Shown piece by piece: positions 8,949 to 17,318 of a DNA stretch of 64,000 nt. Location: the UHGV virus genome UHGV-0076294, one strand, 5' to 3'. A model generated the notes under the pieces. It had not been told where the DNA came from, ran no database searches, and saw nothing but the letters and a program-made list of their open reading frames with translations. This DNA comes from a virus. The position numbers and the translations under genes are program-made. Every line of letters starts with the position of its first letter. Positions within the stretch are counted from its first letter, which is position 1.

Positions 8949-9347
8949 TTATCTTCCAGTACACGATTGCTGACATCCGCCTCGACATGAACCCGAACAT
9001 GTTCCGGTGCAACTACTTGAACAACCACCCGAGCAGTTACCTGTGCACCCTCCTGAGCAGGTACTGCTACAACCTGTACAACCTGTACTACATCCTGAAA
9101 CACAGTTCGCTGAACAGGAAGAACCGCAGCCACCGGAGGCGTTGCCGGTGCAGCCGCCCGAACAACTTGAGCATGTCCAGCTACAGCTACCTCCGCAGTC
9201 ATAGTGAGTTCTCGGCTGTCCTCCAAACAGATCGCTATTATTAGTGGCTTTACCACGAATATAGTTCTGCACCGCACCAGTGTTTTTTAATGCAGTAGAG
9301 TCTATGTTATCCAGCCGGGCCTTTAAAGAAGATAAACCAATCGCCAT
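8949..9347 (-). CDS. Cys-rich leader+core peptide B (precursor-like; about 24 Cys at C-x3-C spacing)
   Basis: Leader about 45 aa then DCGGSCSWTCS followed by repeats such as CSGGCTGNCSGGCSSSC; SD aggt. Confidence 0.65.
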   Translation of the reverse strand: MAIGLSSLKARLDNIDSTALKNTGAVQNYIRGKATNNSDLFGGQPRTHYDCGGSCSWTCSSCSGGCTGNASGGCGSSCSANCVSGCSTGCTGCSSTCSGGCTGNCSGGCSSSCTGTCSGSCRGGCQQSCTGR

Positions 9348-9405
9348 TTTAATACCTACTGGTTTAGTGCCCCCTAGGACACATTATAATTCATTTTCTG
9401 TAAAA

Positions 9406-10320
9406 TTATCGTAGTTTTTCTGAGACTCTATTCTTAGCCCCTACCACACGACGTATATAGTCGTAAGCATCTAATCCAACCTTTCTGGCCAAGTCACTAC
9501 AACCATGCTGCGTTACGATTTCAACGTTCTTTACTTGGTTCTGGGCACCGTCAGACTCAATGCGAAAACAACGACTACACGTATTACAGGGTTCATCAAA
9601 TAACGCATTTAGCGTAAACGCACATTCACTTCGATTGGACGAATTCAGTCTTTCTATATTCTCCTGAATTCTAAAATACCCGTAAATAAAGTTCATAACG
9701 TGATCGGGAGATAACGGTTTTGGCATGTTTTTGTCTAAAACCAGCGACATCTCACAAAAACCATAATGGTAAATGTGGTTATGTAACGCAATTATATCTT
9801 CGTACCAACGTTTATCCCCAATACGCTCGCGTGTCAAGACCGCCCAAGTACGAATATTTTTCAATTCGTAAATTGTCTCCAAAACCTCGTATTGTTTTTC
9901 TTCGATAATCCTCATGAACGGACGCTCTGATTCTTTGAATCCATCCATGCTAAAAAAGATACTATCAAAACCCTTTAACAACGGTAGATGCGATTTACGC
10001 ATTTTTAAACCATTGGTATACAGGTAATGTTCGCAACGAGGATACTTCTCCCTTATCTCTTCTATAAGGGTATCAATTTTACGCGAGGCAAGTAATGGTT
10101 CGCCCCCTGACCATTGGATATTTGTGATAGTCGGGTTATTTTCCAGCGCCTCGATAATACTTTCCTTTTGTACTTCTGTGGTTGTATCCTCTCTATGCAT
10201 GTAATAGGCTCCGCCGCAGAAGCTACAGTCCAGATTACATTTGGACGTTGTAATCACGTTTAACGTTCTCGGATTACTGTAGAGCTTATCGGATACCGTC
10301 GGTCTAGTAAGTTCTTCCAT
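9406..10320 (-). CDS. Radical SAM enzyme (paralog of 6433-7356)
   Basis: CNLDCSFCGG motif; SD aagga; begins 19 nt after stop of peptide A. Confidence 0.8.
   Translation of the reverse strand: MEELTRPTVSDKLYSNPRTLNVITTSKCNLDCSFCGGAYYMHREDTTTEVQKESIIEALENNPTITNIQWSGGEPLLASRKIDTLIEEIREKYPRCEHYLYTNGLKMRKSHLPLLKGFDSIFFSMDGFKESERPFMRIIEEKQYEVLETIYELKNIRTWAVLTRERIGDKRWYEDIIALHNHIYHYGFCEMSLVLDKNMPKPLSPDHVMNFIYGYFRIQENIERLNSSNRSECAFTLNALFDEPCNTCSRCFRIESDGAQNQVKNVEIVTQHGCSDLARKVGLDAYDYIRRVVGAKNRVSEKLR
9643..9737. repeat. 95-nt block identical to 6679-6773
   Basis: Read directly. Confidence 0.85.
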
Positions 10321-10339
10321 TCGAACTGATCCTTATTTT

Positions 10340-10735
10340 TTATGGGTTAGAACAACCACCTGCACAAGAACCACTACACCCCGAGGAACAACGTCCAGCA
10401 CATCCCCCAGTACAAGTCCCACTACATCCTGAACAACCACCCGAACATGTTCCGGTGCAACCACTGCATTGATTACCACACGCAGAGGAACAGCTTCCTA
10501 CGCACACCGATGTACATGTACCTGAACAACTCGTACAACCATGCGTACAACCGTTTGAGCATGTCCAGCTACAGCTACCTCCGCAGTCTAATCGACCGGG
10601 TGTCCAACCTGAAAATGAATCAGCAGCATTATGTGCTTTCGACGCAACTTGCGGATCAACACGTGGCCCAGTTGCTATTCGGTTCTCTACGTTGGTGATT
10701 CGGTCACGTACGTTTTTAACACTGATCGCCATCAC
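10340..10735 (-). CDS. Cys-rich leader+core peptide A (precursor-like)
   Basis: Leader MMAISVKNVRDRITNVENRI..., junction RLDCGGSCSWTCS, core of C/G/S/T with C-x3-C periodicity; SD aaggat. Confidence 0.65.
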   Translation of the reverse strand: MMAISVKNVRDRITNVENRIATGPRVDPQVASKAHNAADSFSGWTPGRLDCGGSCSWTCSNGCTHGCTSCSGTCTSVCVGSCSSACGNQCSGCTGTCSGGCSGCSGTCTGGCAGRCSSGCSGSCAGGCSNP

Positions 10736-10754
10736 ATATCCTTAAAATAAAAAA

Positions 10755-10790
10755 GAATGGAGGACTACGTCCATAAACATAGTTCCTCCT
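10755..10790 (-). terminator. Imperfect hairpin with U-rich tail on minus strand between fibre gene and Cys-rich peptide A
   Basis: ggaggact...agttcctcc; minus strand reads hairpin then attctttttatttt. Confidence 0.4.
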
Positions 10791-10799
10791 GTAATTAAA

Positions 10800-11999
10800 T
10801 TATTTCGTACCCGCTTCTGCTTGTACGTCATCACGAGACGTCAGGTTAGCGTTAACGTGCACTGGGGCCTGAACCACGCCACCGTATCTCTTGTGGAGAT
10901 AACCTGTATGTGGGTTATCTGCCGCAATGTGGTTTTGTAGGTTTTGGTTCGCCTGACTGATTGCGTTCGTGTTATTATTAACCTGCTGTTTAAGCGCATC
11001 CAGGTTTTGTTGTAACTGATCGATTTTCTGATCGGTTTCTTGGCCATGTTGCTCTAACGCTTCAACACGCTGAATAACCTGATTCAGTTTTGTATTTAAA
11101 TCGTTGACACTCTTTTGCAGTTGTAACACTAACGAGTTCAGGTTCGCTAACGCTAAAGCCATTTTCTGGTAGTTTTGAGCAACCACGTTAAGTTGGTCGT
11201 TCCACGCTTCCAGAGAGCTGACAACAGCGTCAATACGCTTACCTAAAGCTTCATCTGCTTTCTTCAGTGCATTGATTTCCGTAATCGTTGCGTCGATAGC
11301 AGACTGGACGTCACGAATAAGCGCACGGATTTCAGTTTCTGTTAGTCCATTAACCTGATGGATATCAAGTTGGTGGACGTTACCGGTTGCATTGATGTGC
11401 GCATTTAAAGCGTCCAAGAAGTCGTTTTTCAGACTTTCCAGAATCGCTTTAATGTTCTCTAACTGTACCGCATCGCCAGAACTGATCGCGTCCTTAATGC
11501 CCGCCAATACAGCGATGATATATTCAAAGCCATAAATGTCACCTACGTCTTTATACGTCGGCGCTGACGGGAATGTATCTGGTACGTTACGTAAGTCTTT
11601 AAATGCAACTGTACGGTTATCGAGGTTTAGCTCAGCAATCGCTTGTTCGATAGCCACGATGTTTGCAGACTGTGGGCCACCAACTACCTGCGCAGATACC
11701 GTAATGTCTGTCGGAATCGCTGTGTTAGTGACCACAACCGCCATGACAATCTCGCGGTTTTTAGTCAGCTTTTCATAAGCCGGGTGTGCAAAAATCAACT
11801 CATAATCGGTACCACGTTCGTAGGTTGCATCCGGTCGGTTAGCAACGCGCAAACGAAACGTGTCCGCAAAGAACGGGCCGTCAGGAAAAGCAAAAGCACG
11901 GTTTACTTTACCTGTACCTAACGTAACCTGACGCTCCACAGCGTTAGACGTTAGCGAGCCTGTTAAATCTAAAGGATATTGGTAAACAATGGAGGCCAT
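10800..11999 (-). CDS. Tail fibre-like protein with coiled-coil region
   Basis: N-terminal module shared with the three large downstream proteins (PDGPFFADTFRL...GTDYEL); long Q/N/L-rich heptad-like segment; ATG at 11999 preferred over GTG at 12005. Confidence 0.5.
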   Translation of the reverse strand: MASIVYQYPLDLTGSLTSNAVERQVTLGTGKVNRAFAFPDGPFFADTFRLRVANRPDATYERGTDYELIFAHPAYEKLTKNREIVMAVVVTNTAIPTDITVSAQVVGGPQSANIVAIEQAIAELNLDNRTVAFKDLRNVPDTFPSAPTYKDVGDIYGFEYIIAVLAGIKDAISSGDAVQLENIKAILESLKNDFLDALNAHINATGNVHQLDIHQVNGLTETEIRALIRDVQSAIDATITEINALKKADEALGKRIDAVVSSLEAWNDQLNVVAQNYQKMALALANLNSLVLQLQKSVNDLNTKLNQVIQRVEALEQHGQETDQKIDQLQQNLDALKQQVNNNTNAISQANQNLQNHIAADNPHTGYLHKRYGGVVQAPVHVNANLTSRDDVQAEAGTK

Positions 12000-12039
12000 G
12001 GCCACTCTCCTTTATTCGAGACGTCCTTGTCCCGAGTCA

Positions 12040-15000
12040 TTAAGATGTAAACATAAGATTGAACTGGAGTTTGTCGATATCTCGAGTTTCAGCCGGATTC
12101 AACGCATCGAACGTAGTTGCCACATAAACCGTTAGCGTACCATCATCATACGAAGATTTCACCGGCGGATTAGTTCCAGTCTGACCATCTCTCACAACGA
12201 GTGCAGGCTCGCTGGGAAGATTATCAAACTGCCCTTTAACCGCTTTGTATACCAAACCGGACTGTGCAGATAACTCCGTGTCTGTGTACACACAGAACGG
12301 TGTATCGATGTCAGCTTGTTTGATAGTGGTACCGGATTCGACATCAATCAACTGTACTGCTCCAAACTTCGTGCGATAACTTTCATATTCGTTCTTCGGA
12401 ATAACAAAAGTAACGTGAACACGAACTTCTTCAGCGGGCTTAAAGCCAGTATGTTCTTTTTCCAAATACTGATTGGCTGATAGCGTCACTTTTTGTTCGG
12501 CCATCGAACCACCTGCCTGATTTATTCCGTACCGGGCTTCAACAATACCGGTTGGTGCAGCAAGTCGCAATTTCAGAGTTCGATTCGCCGTTCCTGGATT
12601 ACCTGGCACTTGAACGCGCAAACTCAATGCTAAGTAAGCATACGTTCCGGTAGTCGGTTTCGTATACGCACCTATCCATTTCATGTTCGCAGACGCTGCC
12701 TGCGAGTTCTCAGAAGCAGTAGCTGTCGCAATGTTAGCAGCTACCGCTTTCTGCCAGAATTGGTCGGCGCAGTTCTCATACGCTACTCTGGCCACGCTCT
12801 TATAACCCGAATACGTTTCCTGGATTGGTATCTTAGGACGCGTCGTGATGCCAGACAATGAACCCCATTTCTGGCCGTCAACATACCCTTCGCCCTTCGA
12901 CGCAGACGCCGTAGGTGCTTTAACGGGCTTGTTAATCAGTGTTAATAGAGGACCCGTCTTTCTGTCGAACGCTGCCGCTACATCGTGTTGGTCGATAATT
13001 GCTGCGTGGTCTTCCAGCTCTTTCACACGACCCAAGCGTTTTACTTTGTCGATACTGATATCAGTAATACGGCTGGAATCGGTGGTTACTGTCCCAACGA
13101 ACAGTCTTGTTGAAGTATCGGCTAACTGCTCCAAACCGATGCGGTATTGCGCGGTAGAACCCGACACCTCAGCGTGCACGTAGAACGTCTGGTTAGCGTG
13201 ATTGGACGGGAACTCGCTGCTTAAATCCACAGACCACGTTGGGAGTGTATAGCTGCTACTACCGAAATCTAACTTGACTTCTTCAGTCAGATACAGAATC
13301 CAACCTTCCGCTGTTTCCACACCGGCGATGATAACAGCCTGACCTCCGGTTGAGAAGGTCGTGTCGTTAACAAACTCTGCGGCTGTATACGCGTTACCTG
13401 AGCAGAAAACGCGGTCAGCTTTAGAGAAAATCAACGCCATCTTGTCCCAGTTACCCGCACCCATATAGCACCCAGATTCTGGGTTATGTGCAGGAGCCAT
13501 CTGTCGTAACTGCGACTTACCAGGAACGCGAGACCAACCTGAACCTGGGTCGTAGGTATACTTCGCGGCGTAACCTAGTGCGTTTAAGTCCCCGATATTT
13601 CGGATAGTTAACGTATAAGGTAGCCAGATACCGAAGTTAGTTCCATCCGCAGAAGCGAAAATAGGCTGTCCGACGCGACGGGTCTTATTACCAGCCTCCT
13701 CTCTTAACGACTGATAACTTAAACCGTAATCTTTATCCAGGAACCAATCCACCAACTTAAAGGTAGCTGAGTTGAACCGTAAGTAGCCATTCTCTTTAGA
13801 TGGACTCACCATGAAGTAATAGATATCAAGAATTCGACGTCCGTTACTTAAGGTTTTCATGCACGAAACTTGCAACAAGTCAAACTCGCACACGGTATTG
13901 ATACCCAACATCCAAAGAGCAAACAAGGCATTACCGGTTTGATGTGCAGCACTAATACGCTCGTTTGCGTATCCGTTCGCTTCACCAGAAGGCGCACCGT
14001 CAACGATCATCTGAATCATTTTCTGACGATCGGTTTCTTCTAACGTTAAGCGTTCAGAAGACAACGCAAAGTTACCGTAGATGTTACGATACGGGAACGT
14101 TTCTGCTTTGGTCAAATACCAACCATTTAATTGACCGTGACGTTCTTCAGGGATCATGCACGCCGCCATACAGCTAAGCTGTTCGTAAAGCGTTGCATCG
14201 ACTTCACGACGGTTGTTATTCGGTCCGTAGCCACTGTAACCCGGAACGTCGTAAGGTTTATTCGGATCAACTTCCACTTCGATGGTATAACGGTTACGTG
14301 GGTTTGACAACCACACCTTATTCGAACCACCAATTCCGACAGGATGAGAAAGACCGATGGTATAAATAGAACCACGACCTTTATCCCAGGTAAACGTTCC
14401 TTCGCCTGAGGTATTGTTTGGGTTATCGTAACGCAGATAATCGAAAAGCTCTTTGCCTTGCGTTCCTTTAATAGAAACGTTAGGCATCTGGTCTGCATCG
14501 TTAATCTGCCAACAGGAAAGCATCATTCCCGTACCGTTGGGTTTAGCATACGTCGCGAAACAACGATTGTTTGCTTGACCACCGCCCCACTTACGGCTGG
14601 TTTCTACAGTTGAACCATCCGCGAAAGAGAGTGTAGTAGCATCAGCCTTGATGGGGAAGCGTTCGCGGCCTTCTAACGTAACCTTGCCCGTCGACGTATC
14701 GATTGTAAAACTTGTTGCCCATTGACGAAAGTTAATTTGTGAGCTGTCAGCCGCTGCAAACCACACAGTAGGCATATGGTTCACACGAATCACGCCGTCG
14801 CGCACTGCACAAGCATGGTTACATTCTGGACCGTGAACAAAGTTGCAACCAATTGTCCATTTAGCCCGTGCTTCCGGCGTCAAATACGTAAAGAACTGAC
14901 CCGTTTGTGACTCTTCGGTTTTCTGGCCAATGCGTAGGCAGAGGTTATCTCCAAATTGTCCCATCTCCCCGTTTAGTGTTACGCGTTCAAACTCCAGCGT

Positions 15001-17223
15001 GGTGCTAGTAGACAAATCGTCCTTACGTAGACGCCAAGCTGCTACTGCGTAAGCAGAGTTATTTACCGTAGAGCGGAGAAGATAAACGTAATCCTCAACC
15101 AACACAACATCATCGGCTTCTGGCCACGGATTCCAGGTTTGTTCCACAGTACCGCTGGGGTTGCCGTTACGGTACACGGGCATCGTAACGCGACATACCA
15201 CCGTGTGTTTAGTGTGATCCATCGAACCATTAAACAACACCAAATAACGGTTATTATCAGAACCCAGACAAATAATCGCTTCCTGACCACCGATCAATAT
15301 AGCTTTCAGGGTCACTTCAGGATATTTACTCATCCCGGCAGGGTGATATTTCACTGAGGTCTGCTGCGGATTTACAAACGCGTTTGACGTGTTAATGTCA
15401 GCATAGCCGTAATAAATGGCTTCTGTACCCGGTACGCCGTTAGAACCGTTACGGAGCGAATAAACCTTACCCTGCTGATACCCAACAACCCCTTTTTGAT
15501 AAGACTGGTTTTTGGTATAACCCGAATAGTTACCTAGCGCTGGGATAGGTAAGAAGTTCTTGTTACCGAACTTCGCACCACCTACCGTCCACGCCGGTAA
15601 GATGGTATTCAGTTTATCAGAGACTTTCTTAATCTCTTTTGCGAACAGCCACCCTTGACGCGACGTGACAGCTTTATCGTTAGTAGTGTCAATCGCATCC
15701 CAGAGCTGCAAGATGCCGTCAACCGTTGCACTACCAATTGGAATGTTAACCAAGTCAGCAGTGGTGTGTGTATGCGTCTTCAAACTCTTGTTTTTCAACA
15801 CGTTCGTTAACGCTTTCGTCACCGGCTTAGCACTTGGCGTGGTGTTATCCATCTTATCGATACCGAAATCGGTTTTCGTTAAGGTTAACACCATACTGTC
15901 GCCTACCTTAACAAACCCTTTACCGTTAACGGTATAGTCATCGTCAACGTACAGGTCCAAGCGGTCTTTTAATTCGGTTACGGCTTTCTGGGAGATAGCA
16001 GTACCTAACGCCGCAGACGTGGAGATATTCGTAATCGAGAACAACCCATAAACTGATTCGGTCGCTGTGGGAATATTCGCGTTTAACGTAACCGGGTTAG
16101 TCTGTTTTGCGGTACCGTACGGTTTTACAGTGTCTGACGCTTTGAAATACGCGTTTGCTTCGAGCAACGTTACTGACGTCAGGTACATGTTCACCATTTC
16201 TGGCGTAACCAGATACACGGAGTTATAAACTGGCGCTAATACATCCTGTTCTGACCCCGAGTGAACCCAAAGCGTATTCAGACCCGCACTGAATTCAACC
16301 GCTAAACCCGATTCGTTGTTGTCCTGGTCTGCTTTAATCACCAACGGTTGTGGCGAGGTAATTAACCACTTATCACCACGAATACTGATGATGTGGCCAC
16401 CTGACGTTTTAAACGTTAATTCATTACTGTTCGTGGTACCCCATCGACCGTAAACGGTGCCGAGGGCTTCACCCATTAACTGGTCAACGTCCGATTGCTC
16501 AATACCCGCTGAACCCATCAGCGTAGCCAACTCGTCAATCGTCAACCCAAACGCTTTTGTAGCGTCAACAGCACGTCCTAATACGGGAAGAGCAGCAATG
16601 TCATCAGTGGTATAATGATGCGCGTTAGGGTTACGGTGATGCTGGTATAATTCTTCGTCGAAAACCTTTTTCCCGTTCTCGTAAATCAGGTTAGTGACTT
16701 CACTGAACGCAGCATCTAACTCCGTAGAACGCTTAATGATTTTCTTGCGAATGTCTTCTAACGCCTTAACAACCTCATCCCTCAGAATCGCTTCTTCTAA
16801 GTTAGCAGGCGGGTCGATAGGCTGAATAACCGGCGCATACGCCATTAGTTCAGACCAGTCCACGTTACGTGGGTCTTTCAGGTCAGTACGAACTAAGAAC
16901 TTCCCGATTTCAGATTGCGGTACACGATATTGACGTGCTACCCCTAAAATCTCATATTCGATTTCTGTTGCAGTAAGCAACATAAACCCGCCGTAAATCT
17001 GATCTTGTTCAGCTTCTGCGAGTTCTTTAAAGTAATAGCCTAAATAGTAGTCCAACCCCTCAATCAGAGTACGACGTCCGTTAGGCGCGGTATCGTCGGC
17101 TACTGTGAGTTTTAATCCGATACGATAAAAAGGTCCTTCAGGTGGAATGACCACGTTAAATCGGTTAGGGTACGTTGCTGTGCTTAGCGTACCGTTAAAC
17201 TGCGCCGCGTCTTCTCTCGGCAT
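12040..17223 (-). CDS. Large structural protein, tail fibre/spike candidate (1727 aa)
   Basis: SD aggagtc; N-terminal module IPPEGPFYRIGLKL...GLDYYL resembles tail-fibre attachment domains; G/S/T/N-rich beta-like composition. Confidence 0.5.
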   Translation of the reverse strand: MPREDAAQFNGTLSTATYPNRFNVVIPPEGPFYRIGLKLTVADDTAPNGRRTLIEGLDYYLGYYFKELAEAEQDQIYGGFMLLTATEIEYEILGVARQYRVPQSEIGKFLVRTDLKDPRNVDWSELMAYAPVIQPIDPPANLEEAILRDEVVKALEDIRKKIIKRSTELDAAFSEVTNLIYENGKKVFDEELYQHHRNPNAHHYTTDDIAALPVLGRAVDATKAFGLTIDELATLMGSAGIEQSDVDQLMGEALGTVYGRWGTTNSNELTFKTSGGHIISIRGDKWLITSPQPLVIKADQDNNESGLAVEFSAGLNTLWVHSGSEQDVLAPVYNSVYLVTPEMVNMYLTSVTLLEANAYFKASDTVKPYGTAKQTNPVTLNANIPTATESVYGLFSITNISTSAALGTAISQKAVTELKDRLDLYVDDDYTVNGKGFVKVGDSMVLTLTKTDFGIDKMDNTTPSAKPVTKALTNVLKNKSLKTHTHTTADLVNIPIGSATVDGILQLWDAIDTTNDKAVTSRQGWLFAKEIKKVSDKLNTILPAWTVGGAKFGNKNFLPIPALGNYSGYTKNQSYQKGVVGYQQGKVYSLRNGSNGVPGTEAIYYGYADINTSNAFVNPQQTSVKYHPAGMSKYPEVTLKAILIGGQEAIICLGSDNNRYLVLFNGSMDHTKHTVVCRVTMPVYRNGNPSGTVEQTWNPWPEADDVVLVEDYVYLLRSTVNNSAYAVAAWRLRKDDLSTSTTLEFERVTLNGEMGQFGDNLCLRIGQKTEESQTGQFFTYLTPEARAKWTIGCNFVHGPECNHACAVRDGVIRVNHMPTVWFAAADSSQINFRQWATSFTIDTSTGKVTLEGRERFPIKADATTLSFADGSTVETSRKWGGGQANNRCFATYAKPNGTGMMLSCWQINDADQMPNVSIKGTQGKELFDYLRYDNPNNTSGEGTFTWDKGRGSIYTIGLSHPVGIGGSNKVWLSNPRNRYTIEVEVDPNKPYDVPGYSGYGPNNNRREVDATLYEQLSCMAACMIPEERHGQLNGWYLTKAETFPYRNIYGNFALSSERLTLEETDRQKMIQMIVDGAPSGEANGYANERISAAHQTGNALFALWMLGINTVCEFDLLQVSCMKTLSNGRRILDIYYFMVSPSKENGYLRFNSATFKLVDWFLDKDYGLSYQSLREEAGNKTRRVGQPIFASADGTNFGIWLPYTLTIRNIGDLNALGYAAKYTYDPGSGWSRVPGKSQLRQMAPAHNPESGCYMGAGNWDKMALIFSKADRVFCSGNAYTAAEFVNDTTFSTGGQAVIIAGVETAEGWILYLTEEVKLDFGSSSYTLPTWSVDLSSEFPSNHANQTFYVHAEVSGSTAQYRIGLEQLADTSTRLFVGTVTTDSSRITDISIDKVKRLGRVKELEDHAAIIDQHDVAAAFDRKTGPLLTLINKPVKAPTASASKGEGYVDGQKWGSLSGITTRPKIPIQETYSGYKSVARVAYENCADQFWQKAVAANIATATASENSQAASANMKWIGAYTKPTTGTYAYLALSLRVQVPGNPGTANRTLKLRLAAPTGIVEARYGINQAGGSMAEQKVTLSANQYLEKEHTGFKPAEEVRVHVTFVIPKNEYESYRTKFGAVQLIDVESGTTIKQADIDTPFCVYTDTELSAQSGLVYKAVKGQFDNLPSEPALVVRDGQTGTNPPVKSSYDDGTLTVYVATTFDALNPAETRDIDKLQFNLMFTS

Positions 17224-17239
17224 CGTAAAGACTCCTACT

Positions 17240-17280
17240 TTTTAAATAAAATGGATACCCCTCCCCATTACAGGGAGGGG
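17240..17280 (-). terminator. Hairpin terminator between large fibre genes (minus strand)
   Basis: cccctcccc-attaca-gggagggg; minus strand tail T-rich. Confidence 0.55.
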
Positions 17281-17318
17281 TTACCTACGGACACACAACT
17301 GCCCGCAGGCAGCCTGTC

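Noticed and set aside
8942-9277. Alternative-frame and antisense ORFs across the Cys-rich genes (8942-9277 minus; 8987-9244 and 9007-9204 plus; 10447-10698 plus)
   Set aside because: Artefacts of the repetitive, low-complexity coding sequence; the frames with conserved leader and Cys periodicity are the plausible ones.
8739-10735. Possibility that the repetitive Cys-rich region is a CRISPR array or tandem DNA repeat
   Set aside because: Repetition is at the codon and peptide level (TGC/GGT/AGC-type codons) without fixed-length direct repeats and spacers; no cas genes.
12845-13183. Plus-strand ORFs of 60-160 aa embedded antisense in the large minus-strand fibre genes (also 13965-14177, 15139-15357, 15665-15937, 19152-19403, 20089-20580, 20593-20940, 21896-22183, 22772-23161, 23177-23524 and others)
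   Set aside because: Fully contained within long, well-supported ORFs on the opposite strand, with no SD or motif support; expected by chance at this GC content.
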